Assembly: GCA_965644315.1 (NCBI GenBank)
Contig: CBFFRQ010000042.1
Coordinates: 62,001-126,000 of the forward strand
DNA: 64,000 nucleotides
From: Caecitellus pseudoparvulus
Taxonomy: Eukaryota > Protista > Bigyra: Bicosoecida
Direction: 5' to 3'
Numbering within the stretch: position 1 is the first letter of the stretch; each line of letters opens with the position of its first letter. The notes under the pieces were generated by a model. The model made no database searches. It was not told the origin of the DNA and worked only from the letters and a program-made list of their open reading frames with translations. The translations under genes and the position numbers were made by a program. Positions 11,366-23,800 of this stretch are shown here, piece after piece.

Positions 11366-11567
11366 TGGTAGCCGTTGCGTTTGACTGACCCCGTCGCTCG
11401 AAAACGGCATCGAACGCGTGGGCCATACCTGGTGCAATTTCCGCAGCCGAAGCCACGGATGTCCATGTCGCCATGCTTGCCTTGAGCGAGCTCCGCAGCA
11501 GATTGACTCCCCGCTGAGCAAGTGAGTGGCTGGATGCGCTCAGGGCTTTCGCTGACCGAGAAAGCAT
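9611..11567 (-). CDS. Rieske + FAD reductase (AIFM3/AIFL-like), copy 2, with mitochondrial-type presequence
   Basis: Inverted paralog of 7662-9542 with the same two intron positions. First exon MLSRSAKALSASSHSLAQRGVNLLRSSLKASMATWTSVASAAEIAP begins with an Arg/Ser/Leu-rich, acid-free stretch. Confidence 0.9.
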
Positions 11568-11761
11568 CTCCCGCTGCTTTGCTGCAAGCCGCTGACGCGC
11601 TGCGAAGGTGGTGAGGTGTGACTTGACCAGAGGGAAGGAAAGCTTGCGAAGGTGCGACAGTGCGCGTGCGTGGGCAATTCAGTAGTGTAAGGGTGCTCTA
11701 CACTGCATGAGCGCCCTGTCTGCCAACGGTGGATGAGCCCATCTACATGAGAGGACGGTGG

Positions 11762-11792
11762 CCGGAAGTGACGTCAGCTGCTGCGCATGCGC
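11762..11792. promoter_or_regulatory. Motif cluster CCGGAAGTGACGTCA + CAGCTG + TGCGCATGCGC in a divergent promoter
   Basis: Exact sequence at 11762-11776, 11775-11780 and 11782-11792 between divergent ATGs at 11567 (-) and 11858 (+). Function is not demonstrated. Confidence 0.3.
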
Positions 11793-11857
11793 CACCAGGC
11801 AAGTGGACTTCACGAGCCAGAAGCACTCCCTCTTGACAGCGCGCCTGCATTGCACGA

Positions 11858-12844
11858 ATGGCGAACATCATGGTAGAGCTGCTTGCCCTCGCTGGTCAGA
11901 CATCAGATCTTGAGGCAGGTGTACACCGGCAGGCAGCGGAGCTTGCAAAAGCTGGACGATTTGCAACGGCACTGCACGTTGCAGCGCGAGCTCGCGATGC
12001 CATGGCAATGTCTGCGCCAGCCATGTTCTCCAGCTACCGTCCTCATCTTGCTGAAGAGACGCCTGCACGGTCCAGCCCTCGGATGGAGGCCTTGCAGAAG
12101 CAGGTGGCAGACCTGGAAGCGTCAGTGCAGCTGCTGCAACGCAGCGGCTCCCCTTGCCGCAAGCCTGCGCCACGTGAATGCCAAGCTCCAGAGAGCGCAA
12201 GCCCAGAAAAACCACCTGCCCGTGCACCAGCTAAGCAAGGGGCGTCCACTCCTGGGGCAACGACAGTGGGGGTGCAGCAAGGCCGCCGTTCTCGAGGGCC
12301 GTCTACTGCTGCAGTCACCGCCAGCCTCGCCGACGCAGCTTCCAAAGTTGGAGGGCGCAGGCGCCGTCGTGCTGCGGAAGCCGCCTCAAAGGCGTGGACA
12401 GCCGCAATCCCCTCCCGCCCGAAGCGCCCCCGAACGCCGCGCGCTCAGCCTCGCGTTAGGAAAGGGGACGAAACCTCGCCCGCGAAACCGAAGTGCCTCT
12501 CCCCAACCAAGGGCGCCCAAGCAGCCGAAGGCACCGCAAGAGCATGCTCGCCTGTGCCCCAGAGGTGGTCTCCCCTTCCGCTGGGCAAGCCGCTGCCTCG
12601 ACTGCCTGAGAAGGCAAGTGGCGTCAGTGACGTGAGTGGCCCGGCTCGCCACCGAGGAGAGGCTGGGCTGGGAGATGGATTGTTTGCCGAGTCGCAGGGC
12701 TGGGGTCCGGTGGTGTGCACTGGCTCAGGAGGTGGGCGAGCCCGAGCCCCCCGCCGTCTGCCGTGGCCCCAAAGCCAGCCCACCGTGTACACGGATGCAG
12801 GGGACTCGGACTCCGACGGTACTGTCTGCGTATGCCGTGGCTGA
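11858..12844 (+). CDS. Hypothetical protein (short coiled coil plus basic low-complexity region)
   Basis: 328-aa ORF filling the gap, stop 40 bp from the BolA stop. No recognisable domain. Confidence 0.5.
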   Translation: MANIMVELLALAGQTSDLEAGVHRQAAELAKAGRFATALHVAARARDAMAMSAPAMFSSYRPHLAEETPARSSPRMEALQKQVADLEASVQLLQRSGSPCRKPAPRECQAPESASPEKPPARAPAKQGASTPGATTVGVQQGRRSRGPSTAAVTASLADAASKVGGRRRRRAAEAASKAWTAAIPSRPKRPRTPRAQPRVRKGDETSPAKPKCLSPTKGAQAAEGTARACSPVPQRWSPLPLGKPLPRLPEKASGVSDVSGPARHRGEAGLGDGLFAESQGWGPVVCTGSGGGRARAPRRLPWPQSQPTVYTDAGDSDSDGTVCVCRG

Positions 12845-12884
12845 CAGGCACACGGGGCCTCCTTAGTGCCATGCCCAGCACGAG

Positions 12885-13301
12885 CTACTTGCCGCTGCCA
12901 CCTCTACAAGATGGTGTCTGCTGCACTGCTGCTCCAGCAGCGTACTGAGCTGGTGTTTTGGCCTTGATGCTGAGAGCGTGCACGGGACCCTCCAGTTGGG
13001 ACGCCAGGGCCTCGTTCACCATGCGGTGGCGTTTGAGCAGGGGCACCCCCTCAAAGGCGTCGGAGACAATGAAGACCTTGAAGTGGCTCTCGCTGCCTTT
13101 CGGCACGTTGTGTTTGTAGCTTTCGTTCACAATCTCGACATGCGTCGGCTCGAAAGCCTCCTGCAGGGCTTGTTGAATGGAGGCCTGCACTGGCTGGCCA
13201 GTTTCGGTGGACATTGCCATTGCGATCAAGCGAGTCTGTGCCGCGAAGCACGGGAGCCTGGCCAGCCCTGCCGTGCTTGCTGCTCGAGCAGCTCCGAGCA
13301 T
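12885..13301 (-). CDS. bolA: BolA-family protein (BolA1-like), mitochondrial presequence
   Basis: 'NESYKHNVPKGSESHFKVFIVSDAFEG..LKRHRMVNEAL..GPVHALSIKAKTP', C-terminal 'TPSCRGG'. Confidence 0.92.
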   Translation of the reverse strand: MLGAARAASTAGLARLPCFAAQTRLIAMAMSTETGQPVQASIQQALQEAFEPTHVEIVNESYKHNVPKGSESHFKVFIVSDAFEGVPLLKRHRMVNEALASQLEGPVHALSIKAKTPAQYAAGAAVQQTPSCRGGSGK

Positions 13302-13454
13302 GGAAACGCGGGCGAAACACCAGGCACCAGCGCAGCCCTTGGGCGAAGGCAGCTGCGAAGCTTTGCGGTGACAAACACGAATCTCAGCTTGTCATGAAAG
13401 GTTTGCCCAGCATTTATGCATTGCTCCAGTGAATGCGCCGTTGGTGAGGCGGCC

Positions 13455-15347
<1,893 letters not shown>

Positions 15348-15619
15348 CAGTGCAGAGAGTGGGCCTCGCAGTCACGCCAGCTGCTGTTGCATTTGGACTG
15401 TGTGCACAGTTTGGACACAGGTGTGGTTGGTTTTGCTGCGTACGCTGACACTGCGGCAGGTGGCTGGCACCGACGGCTTGGCGAGAACTCGCCACAGATT
15501 TGCTCCCCTTGTTCAAAGACGAGCATATTGCTCCAGGGAGTCGGCCACGTGTGAACCAATTCGCGACGGCGAGCCTTCTGCCGACGAGGAGAAGTGGATG
15601 CGCGTTTCGAATTCCGCAC

Positions 15620-16198
15620 TCAGTACGTTGCCCAGGACGGCGAGCGCTTGCCAGGCACGACGTGCTGCTCAAGCCAGGAGGCATCCGAGTCCTCGGGAAT
15701 GACAGCAATGAACTGCCTCTTGCGCTTGTCGTTCCAGATGAACTGCACCTTGCCGGGGGTCTTGGCGAAGATGGTGTGGTCTCGGCCCATGCCCACAGTT
15801 CCGGCCTCCCACACCGGGTGGTACTTGGTGCCACGCTGCCGCACAATGATGTTTCCAGGCTGCACGACTTCCCTGGGGAGTTGCAATGGGCAGGTGTGAG
15901 CAGGGCGTCGGGGAGCGCGGCGCGGTGCTTCCCGTACCCGCCGAACTTCTTCACGCCCAACCGGCGCCCGGCTGAGTCTTTCGTATTCTTCGTGCTGCCG
16001 CCTGCCTTCTTGGAGGCCCACCGCACGCCGATGCTGGCAGATCCTGTGCAGGGCGTAGTCAGCATGTCGTGCGGAGCTGCCTGCGTGTGCGGGGGGGCAG
16101 CATCACGAACCAGCCAGAGCCCGCGGAGTGCACGGTGCCACAACGGCGCCAGCCACGCTGCAGGCCCGGCCAGCCGATGCCAGGAGCGCGACAGCCAT
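15620..16198 (-). CDS. MRPL27: Mitochondrial ribosomal protein bL27
   Basis: '[27 protein letters not shown]' spliced to '[34 protein letters not shown]'. Presequence exon starts at 16198. Confidence 0.93.
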
Positions 16199-16306
16199 GG
16201 TGTCCTGTGGAATGCGAGCCTGGGAGAACACAGATGAGGAAGGAAGCAGCAGTTCAAGGGCTCTTTGGGGAGAGGAGTGAATTTGCAGCGCGTCGTGGAC
16301 TGCCCC

Positions 16307-19300
16307 TCATTCGTCGACTTCCGGCTGCGGAGCCAGTGTGGAGTCCACCCCCACCCCACGCGCCTGGCCCTGGGAAAAGGTGAAAGAAGACGCTCGGCGC
16401 AGTGACTTCTGGCCTGTGCGCCCGTCCTTCGGAGTGGACGGTGTCAGGAGCAGGGGGCCCGTCATGCCCGGCTGCGGCGTGAGCGGCATGCGCCTGCCAG
16501 CCACAGACGGCGACACGTGCAGCTTGCCCGCTGTGGAGCTGCGCTGCAGCGGCCGGGCCCCTGCGCGGGTGGTGGGACTCAGGCGATCATCCTGGTCGAA
16601 GGTCAGCGTGCCTTGCAGCGCGCGGGAGCCAGTGGACTTGGCCTGGGAGGGAGACAGGGCCAAGCCGGTGGCGGAGGACCGCGAGCGCTCCGTGTGCAGT
16701 GGGGTGCCGCTGCCGCCAGACACCGTGTCGCGGGCCATCTGCAGCGCCCTGCGCACCGTCGCCATGGACAGCGCCTCGTCCTCCCGGATGCCAGCCCGCT
16801 GTGCCTGGCGCTTCAGCAGGGCAGCAGCGCTGGCAAGTTGGCCAGTGGTCAAGTCGCTGATGTTCACGCCGTGGCTGGCGGCTCGCAGGGACAGATCCTC
16901 CACAGCTCGGTACTGGGACTCCACCACTGTCAACAGCACCTCCAGCTCGGCACACTCCTGGTGCACAGCGTCAGCCATCGGACGCAGCTGCTTGCGGACC
17001 AGGCCGGCATCCTCCGCCGCCGCCGCGATGTCCGCTGCCGCAGCGAGCGCGTCCACCTCCCACTGCTCCCGGGCGTCCGCCCAGACACTGCGCAGGACCG
17101 CCCCGGTCTCAGCACACTCTTGGCCCAGCATGTGCACCAGCTGGCCGTATGCGCTCTGCGCCACCTCCATCACTGCGCTGCTGCCGTGCACTGCTCCCCG
17201 TGCCGCCCACATGGCATCCAGCAGCTGGTTTGAGCTCCAGGCCTGTACCGGCGGTGCAGGGGCGTCGTGGCCCACAACAGACGTCGCAGCACGCTCTTCC
17301 TCCTCCAGCAGACCAACCATGCTGTCCACGCCTTCGTCAGACGCGGCACCCCCAGCTAGAAACGAGAGACTGCCAGAGCTGGCACACCTGTGCAGCATGG
17401 AGGCTGTACCCGACGCTTCACTAGCTAGGGAGCCACTGGACAGGGCCCGACTGACCCCTCTCTCGTGCCCAGGGGATGCTGCGCCTGTCTGTCCCGAGTT
17501 CGTCCGCACCACGTGGCGCAGGTCTTCTTTCTCCTGCTCCGTCTGCAAGGCGTCTGACAGCGCATCCCGCAAGAACTGCCGAGGCCGGGTGGGGATGCCC
17601 AGCTCGGACACTCGGTCTGCTGCGCGGCGGGTGAGGTCTTGCCACCCCGCGATGAACTGGCGCTTGGTTTCGTTCATCAGGCTGGCTTGCCGCCCGCCTC
17701 CCTCCTCACCTGCCTGCTCGGCGCTCCACGCCGCGCCAGAGCGCAGCCAGGCAGCCACCTGCCCCGCCTCAGGCAGTGCACAGTCAGTTGATTGCCCCTG
17801 CGTCACTCTGGTTGCTGCCGCTTGCAAGCCCTCTGGCGTCGTGGACTCCTCGCCTGGCGCCAGCTCTGCGGGCAGCACGGCCTCCAAGGCGTCTGCGGCA
17901 GCTGTGCGCCCAAAGGCACGGCAGGCATTGCTGACGCCCGCCAGTTGAGACAGTACCCACCCACGCAGTGCCGTCACTTGGCGGGTACTGGAAATGGACG
18001 GGTGGGAGACTAGCGCCTCGGAAGCCTTCATGTGGTGTGCACGCTCACGGGCTCCCCTCGCCTCTGCCAAGCCCTGCACGGTGGCGTGGGACAGGCCCTT
18101 GGCAGAGTGCGCCTTTGGGTTTGGCTGGACGGGTCTGGACAAGGGAGGCGCCTGGGCCAGGAGTGCAGGCGGCTTCCTGTCTGCAGTAGAAGTGGTGGTG
18201 AGCGTCGCAGCGTGTCGGCGCACGGCCATGCGCGCCAGGCTTGCCCCTGCTCCCGCTGGCACAGGCGTCGGAGGTGGCACTTTGACAGCCACAACGCCCT
18301 TCGGCGCCGACCCTGCCAGCGCTGGGCTGTGTTGTTGAGAGTCCCGCTCTGCGCCAGTCTCTCCGCCCATGGGGCTGGGCCGTGGCAGGAGCCACAGGTC
18401 ACCGTCCCCGGCTGGCCTGCCTCCTCCAGCAGGGGATGCGCTGCGATGGGGGCGGTGGCGACGCACACGAGACTTCTGTGGCTGCTGGACCCCCTGCACT
18501 TCCAAGCTACTCCCTGGCCGCCGCTCCAGCGCGCAATGAGGCCCGCCTTCAGCCTCCTGCGACAGCGCAAGCTGTGCCCAACCCGCGTGCCCCGTCAGGC
18601 TGTCGCTGCCCCGCACGCGGCTCCACTGCCGGTCTGGGCGCTGGGCCCATGCGGCCAGCGTCCTGTGTGACATGGGAGGGCGCAGCCCATCACTGACGAG
18701 CAGCACTCGACCGTCGCCTTGCCCTGAGGGGTTGGCATGCGTGCGGGGCGGCCTGCCAACTCGACGAGTGGTCGTAGCAGGCGAGCTCAGACCCTCGCCG
18801 GCGCTGCGGCTGGATGCAGACGAAGAGGATGTGTACGAAATGTCGGGTTCCATGTGAAACAGCCGGCGCTGCAGGACGGCCGGGCTGCTGTCGCCCTTGC
18901 TGTCTGCTGGGCTGCCAGAACACCCGCGGGCGACGGGGCTCACGAGACCGCTGGCCTCCCCTGCAGCGCGTGACATTCGCACCGCATGCAAGGGACTGCC
19001 ACCTGGCGCTTGCACTCGATGGCGTGTGGGCTTGCCAGCGCTGGTGCTGGCAGCTTGCAAAGCGCTTCGCAGGCTGGCCACCTCTCGGCCAAGCGGCGTG
19101 ACGGGCAGGGTTTGGCCCAGCGCGGCCTCTGAGGGCAAGCGACCGCCCTCTTCCAGCGCAGCAGCCGCCCTTGCCTGGCGTGTGTGTTGCTGGTCGTAGT
19201 GGTATGCCCATGCGCGCCACCTGGAGTCCACTACCTTGGAGGCCTGGCCCAGCCGATAGGGAGAGGGTGTGGGGCTGGGCGGGGCGTGAGCCCTGTCGTG

Positions 19301-20584
19301 GCGGCGCGCGCCCCTGCCATGCTTGGGCGCCGCCCGTGGAGAGCGCCCTTCCAGCAGGCGGTCAGCATCTTCCAGCGCCTCGCGCACGGCAGCGGATCGG
19401 GCCGAGTCAAACGCAGCCGCTACAGCTGGAGGCAGAGACGCTAAGTCCAAAGCAGGGCCGCGTGCTGCAGAGCTCTGAGCGACCAAGGCAGCGATAGACG
19501 CGTGCTGGGAGCTGCAGAACGCTTCCTCTGCTTCTGCGCGCCTCGCAGCTGCTCGGGCCCGCTGCCTGGCCTTCATGCCGGTGACGCGGATGGCATCCAG
19601 CTGCCAGTCACGCGGGTCCCGGCCCGCTGCGTCGTCGTCCACTTTCAGCTCACCCCCCAGCACCATCTTCACGAGGGGCTGCTTGTCTGGCTCGGCGTCT
19701 TGCTGAGGAGGCGTCTTGCCCGCCACTGGAATGGCAGCCTCGCGCTGCCTCCACGACCCTGAGCGCAGGTACGCTGAGAAGCGCCGGCGGCCGTGAGAGC
19801 CACGCACAGGCGCGGCTCTGCCCCAGCGCACGCGCTCCACTTCATCATCACTGGAATCGTTGTCCAGCCCCGCCAGCTCGCCGTCCACTCCGCGCATGAC
19901 GCCTTGCACGGCTGCGGAGGTGGCCATGGTGCTCTGCAGGCCCAAGGAGGTGGAGGGGGACTTTCTGGGCTTGGGCTCCGGGAACTCCCCCGCCAAATGC
20001 CCTGGACTGCTAGCATCTTGTACTCCCACAGGCCTGTGTGCTGCCAAGACTGCCGCTTCCAGTCCCTCGTCCCCGCTGCGGGGGGTCAGGTCAGGGACGC
20101 TGGCTGTGTTGCGTGCTTCTTTCGGCAGCGGCAGGGAGGCTGGGCGCTTCTTGTGCCTTTTCGACCGCGGCCTCGCCTTGGAGGCGGTCGTCTCCTCTCC
20201 CACTGCGTCCTTCTCTGCCACCTGGTGCCTGGGCCCTCCCTCCGCACCCTGCCCCGTACCGAAGGAGTTGCCGCTCAGCTCCTCCACTGCTGAGTACAGA
20301 ACCCGCGTGTCTGGCGCACCCCGCGCAAAGCGCATGGCATCCAACAAGAATTCATCAATACTTCCACCGGACTTGGCGTCGTCGGCCCTGCCATTTGCCT
20401 TGCTTCTCAACTCAGGGCCAGGTTTGGGTGCTGCCTGTCGCTCTGCGACCGGTGCCGTCGCCCCTTGCGGCTGCCACACATCTGCAGGATGCCGTCGGGG
20501 CTCCTGTTCGGGGCGGCAAATGGCTTCCTGAACCTCTTGTAAGAAGGCTGTGCTGGGATCAGCTTTCTTGCCATCTGCTGCCAT
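16307..20584 (-). CDS. Large low-complexity hypothetical protein, possible p28/axonemal dynein light chain-like motif near the C-terminus
   Basis: Uninterrupted ORF of about 1425 aa. 'AYGQLVHMLGQECAETGAVLRSVW' loosely resembles the p28 motif ELIRQVTxxCxERGxLL and is followed by coiled coil. Confidence 0.6.
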   Translation of the reverse strand: MAADGKKADPSTAFLQEVQEAICRPEQEPRRHPADVWQPQGATAPVAERQAAPKPGPELRSKANGRADDAKSGGSIDEFLLDAMRFARGAPDTRVLYSAVEELSGNSFGTGQGAEGGPRHQVAEKDAVGEETTASKARPRSKRHKKRPASLPLPKEARNTASVPDLTPRSGDEGLEAAVLAAHRPVGVQDASSPGHLAGEFPEPKPRKSPSTSLGLQSTMATSAAVQGVMRGVDGELAGLDNDSSDDEVERVRWGRAAPVRGSHGRRRFSAYLRSGSWRQREAAIPVAGKTPPQQDAEPDKQPLVKMVLGGELKVDDDAAGRDPRDWQLDAIRVTGMKARQRARAAARRAEAEEAFCSSQHASIAALVAQSSAARGPALDLASLPPAVAAAFDSARSAAVREALEDADRLLEGRSPRAAPKHGRGARRHDRAHAPPSPTPSPYRLGQASKVVDSRWRAWAYHYDQQHTRQARAAAALEEGGRLPSEAALGQTLPVTPLGREVASLRSALQAASTSAGKPTRHRVQAPGGSPLHAVRMSRAAGEASGLVSPVARGCSGSPADSKGDSSPAVLQRRLFHMEPDISYTSSSSASSRSAGEGLSSPATTTRRVGRPPRTHANPSGQGDGRVLLVSDGLRPPMSHRTLAAWAQRPDRQWSRVRGSDSLTGHAGWAQLALSQEAEGGPHCALERRPGSSLEVQGVQQPQKSRVRRHRPHRSASPAGGGRPAGDGDLWLLPRPSPMGGETGAERDSQQHSPALAGSAPKGVVAVKVPPPTPVPAGAGASLARMAVRRHAATLTTTSTADRKPPALLAQAPPLSRPVQPNPKAHSAKGLSHATVQGLAEARGARERAHHMKASEALVSHPSISSTRQVTALRGWVLSQLAGVSNACRAFGRTAAADALEAVLPAELAPGEESTTPEGLQAAATRVTQGQSTDCALPEAGQVAAWLRSGAAWSAEQAGEEGGGRQASLMNETKRQFIAGWQDLTRRAADRVSELGIPTRPRQFLRDALSDALQTEQEKEDLRHVVRTNSGQTGAASPGHERGVSRALSSGSLASEASGTASMLHRCASSGSLSFLAGGAASDEGVDSMVGLLEEEERAATSVVGHDAPAPPVQAWSSNQLLDAMWAARGAVHGSSAVMEVAQSAYGQLVHMLGQECAETGAVLRSVWADAREQWEVDALAAAADIAAAAEDAGLVRKQLRPMADAVHQECAELEVLLTVVESQYRAVEDLSLRAASHGVNISDLTTGQLASAAALLKRQAQRAGIREDEALSMATVRRALQMARDTVSGGSGTPLHTERSRSSATGLALSPSQAKSTGSRALQGTLTFDQDDRLSPTTRAGARPLQRSSTAGKLHVSPSVAGRRMPLTPQPGMTGPLLLTPSTPKDGRTGQKSLRRASSFTFSQGQARGVGVDSTLAPQPEVDE

Positions 20585-20821
20585 GGTCCACAAGCGGCTC
20601 CGCGAAGAAGCCTCGCTGGCGTGTGGTCGCTTGCCTCAGCGCCTACCAGCTCCCAACGCACACCACATGGCAGGCGTACACAGCCCTGACTCTTCCAAGC
20701 GAGCAACTTTGGGCGGAGTGGGGTGAATTTTGTGAAGATAAGGCGGTGCCTGCCCACACACACAGAAGGAGCGTGTCGAACCCGAGCTTGTCTGGCGAAA
20801 CGCACCGCACGCGCCGCACGA

Positions 20822-23800
20822 CTACGCCACGTACAGGGACGCAGCAAAAATGACGTCGCGCTTGATGGCAGCAGAGGCGGCCTCCATCTTCTTGAACAGC
20901 ACAGGGTCCCCGATGATGCGGGCTGCGGAGCGCACCTCGCGACACGTCTCGTCCAGCCGCGTCATGGTGCGCACAATGCTGCCTTCCTGGCAGTCTGTCA
21001 TGCTGCAGATGTCCTTGAAGTCCATGCCGCACGCCCATGCGTACACGACGTGCACCAGCCCCCAGTTCAGGGTCTCCGCGATGAACTCAGAAGGCACCAC
21101 GTCCAGGCCTGCATGCATCTGCACGCTGCCAAGGGCATGTGCGATCTCTGCCGTCACAGTGCGCGCTTCGGCCAGAGCCGCCGGCCAGGTGGAGGGATCT
21201 GCCTCTTCGTCTCGGCGGTCCTGGAAAACCAACGCACTCAGCAGCGCCACTGACTCCGCTGCGTCCAAAGGCGTCAGCACCCCCTCGAAAATCATCTCCG
21301 TCAGCAGCAGCTCGTTCGACGTGTTGATTTCACATGCCACACGCCCCTTCAACGCCACCGTGCCTGACAGCGCCTTCGTCTCTAGGGATGGCAGCGCCAC
21401 CTCCCGCAGCAAGTGCTCGCCATCCTCCAGGCTCTCTGCCCGAGCCAGCGCTCCAGGGGCGGCATCACCCTGCCCGCCTTCCACGGACACGTACCCCAGC
21501 TGCTCCAGCAGCTTCAGGCGCTGCGTGAAATCGGGGAACAGGGACAACGACTCGTTCGACACCCGCGCAGAGATGTCTCCCAGCTGCCTGTGCAGGTGTG
21601 AGAAGCGAGCGGCCAAGTGGAAGGCACCAGCTGCGATTTGAGCCTGGCTTGCCCCTGCTTCGTCGAGTGTAGCCTGGGCAGCGCAGCGGAACAGGGCGTT
21701 GGACGCCAGGCGCTGCGCTTTCCCCGCCACTGCGGCGTGTGCTGTGTGCAAGGCAAGGTCGGACACCTTCAGGTCCCCGGGCGGCAGCATGGGCAGGGCC
21801 ACACGCAACATGCAAGACCACCAGAACAGCTGCACGTCAGCGGCACTGGGCCCGACCTCTGAGACCATGGGCCACCCTGCCAGACCTGAAGCTTTGGCAG
21901 ACTCCAAAGCAGCCGCCGGCAGCAGGTCGGGGATGATGCCTGCAAGACCTTGGCCCAGCTCAGCGACTGCTGCCGCCACCAGCCCCTGCACGGCACTCCG
22001 CGTGTCTGCGCCATCAGGCAGCGGAGCCGTGGGCTGTGCACCTGGCACGTCCAGAGCGGCTGCGAGGGTCGCGAGTGAAGGGTCTTGCCGTGGCACTGCC
22101 GCTGAGGAAACCCACTGCAGGGCAGCCCAGGGCACCTCCTGCACGAGGCAAGCCATGTGCTGAGTCCCTGCGATGCTGGCCACGCAAGCCCAGCCATCCT
22201 TCACCCGCTCAAGGTCGGCAGGCGGTGTGAAGCCGATCTCTGGTGATGCGGACGAGCCCACCCCCATGCCTGCGCCAGGCAGGAGTGCTTGCCCGCGCTG
22301 GGCCCGTGCACCCTTGCGCCCCCCCTTCTTGGCGCCGCCGCCGCCTCCAGCACCAAGCATGCCACCGAACACATCGTCGGCGCCGGTGTCTGCCTTCTTG
22401 CGGCCACCCTTGCGGCCCCCCTTGCGGCCGCCTCCTGCGCCGCCCCCCAGCATGCCCCCCAACATGCCTTGCATGTCATCTTGCTTGGAAGCCGCCTTGA
22501 GAGGCTGAACAGCTTCGCTGGGGGGCGTGGCTACTGGTTCCTCCTTCTCTGGGGGTGCTGTGACTGCTTTGTCAGGATTCCAGCCAAATGGCAGCAGCAG
22601 CAGGACGTGGGCAGTAGCCAAGAGCGCCTCCGCGACGGGCGCCGCCGCCGCTCCGCTGGCATGCAGCACAATGCCTGGCACAAGAGCAAGCTGGGCGACG
22701 GCCGGTGGAGCAGACGGGTGGTGCGTGCTCCAGAGCGCGCCCAAGTCAACCTGCACAAGGGTGATGCGCCCAGGGGGAAGAAGCCTGGACACCTCTGCAG
22801 ATGCAGCTGGGAAGGCGCCTTGCAGCCACGCTAGCATGCGCACTTGAAACGAAGCAATGCTGCTGAGCCCGCGCTGGAACGCCATGGCGTCTGCCGCAGA
22901 AAAAGCCGGCTCCCCGCCAGGTGAAGGAGCGCTCGTGGCGGCCAGGCGCGGCAGCGCCGTCTGCAGCTGTCGAAGGCGAGTGCGACCCCGTGCCATGAGG
23001 GCGGGGAAGTCCCTGCCCGCTAGCATGCGCTGCGTGGAGAACTCTGAGAAGGAACGCTTCATCATGTCCTCCACAGACATGTCCTCCACCCGCAGCAAGC
23101 TCAGCAGCATGTTGTAGCGCAGCCTGAACTGGGAAGACAGCGGTGTGGCCACGCCAGTAAGCAGTGTGCGCGTGGTGAGCAGCTCTGGCAGCTCGTCCTC
23201 TCCCCAGATGGCCACGGCAACGGTTCCAAACTCGTCCAGGCCACGGCGGCCAGCCCTCCCCGCCATCTGCGTGTACTCCCCCGGCAACAGCGTTCGGAAG
23301 CCGTTGCCGTCGTGCTTGCGCACTGCGTGGAAGACCACGCAGCGAGCAGGCATGTTCACGCCCATCGCGAACGTCTCCGTGGCAAAGAGCACCTTCACCA
23401 AGCCGCGCCCGAACAGGATCTCCACCATCTCCTTGAGAATGGGCAGCAACCCCCCGTGGTGCACGCCGATGCCCTGCGACAGCAGCGAGCGCAGCTGCAC
23501 CACTTGCGGCAGCTCGCGATCGGAGCCTTGCAGGCGGGAAATGCTGGCGTCGCAGAAGGCGTGAATGGAGTGCTTCTCTTCCCGTGTGACGAGGTCAAGG
23601 CCCGACAGGGAGTACGCGATTTGCTCACACTTGCGCTTGGAGAAGGTGAAGACAACTGCTGGCGTGAGCTCCTGCTTGTGCAGGGTCTTGACCATCTTCA
23701 GCCAGCCGTTCTTCTCCCCCCCTCGTGGCGTGAAGGCCTTGCGAAAGGCGCGTTGCCCGGGGTTGTCGGCCGAGCGCCCCCCGCGCCGCGCGCGTGCGCT

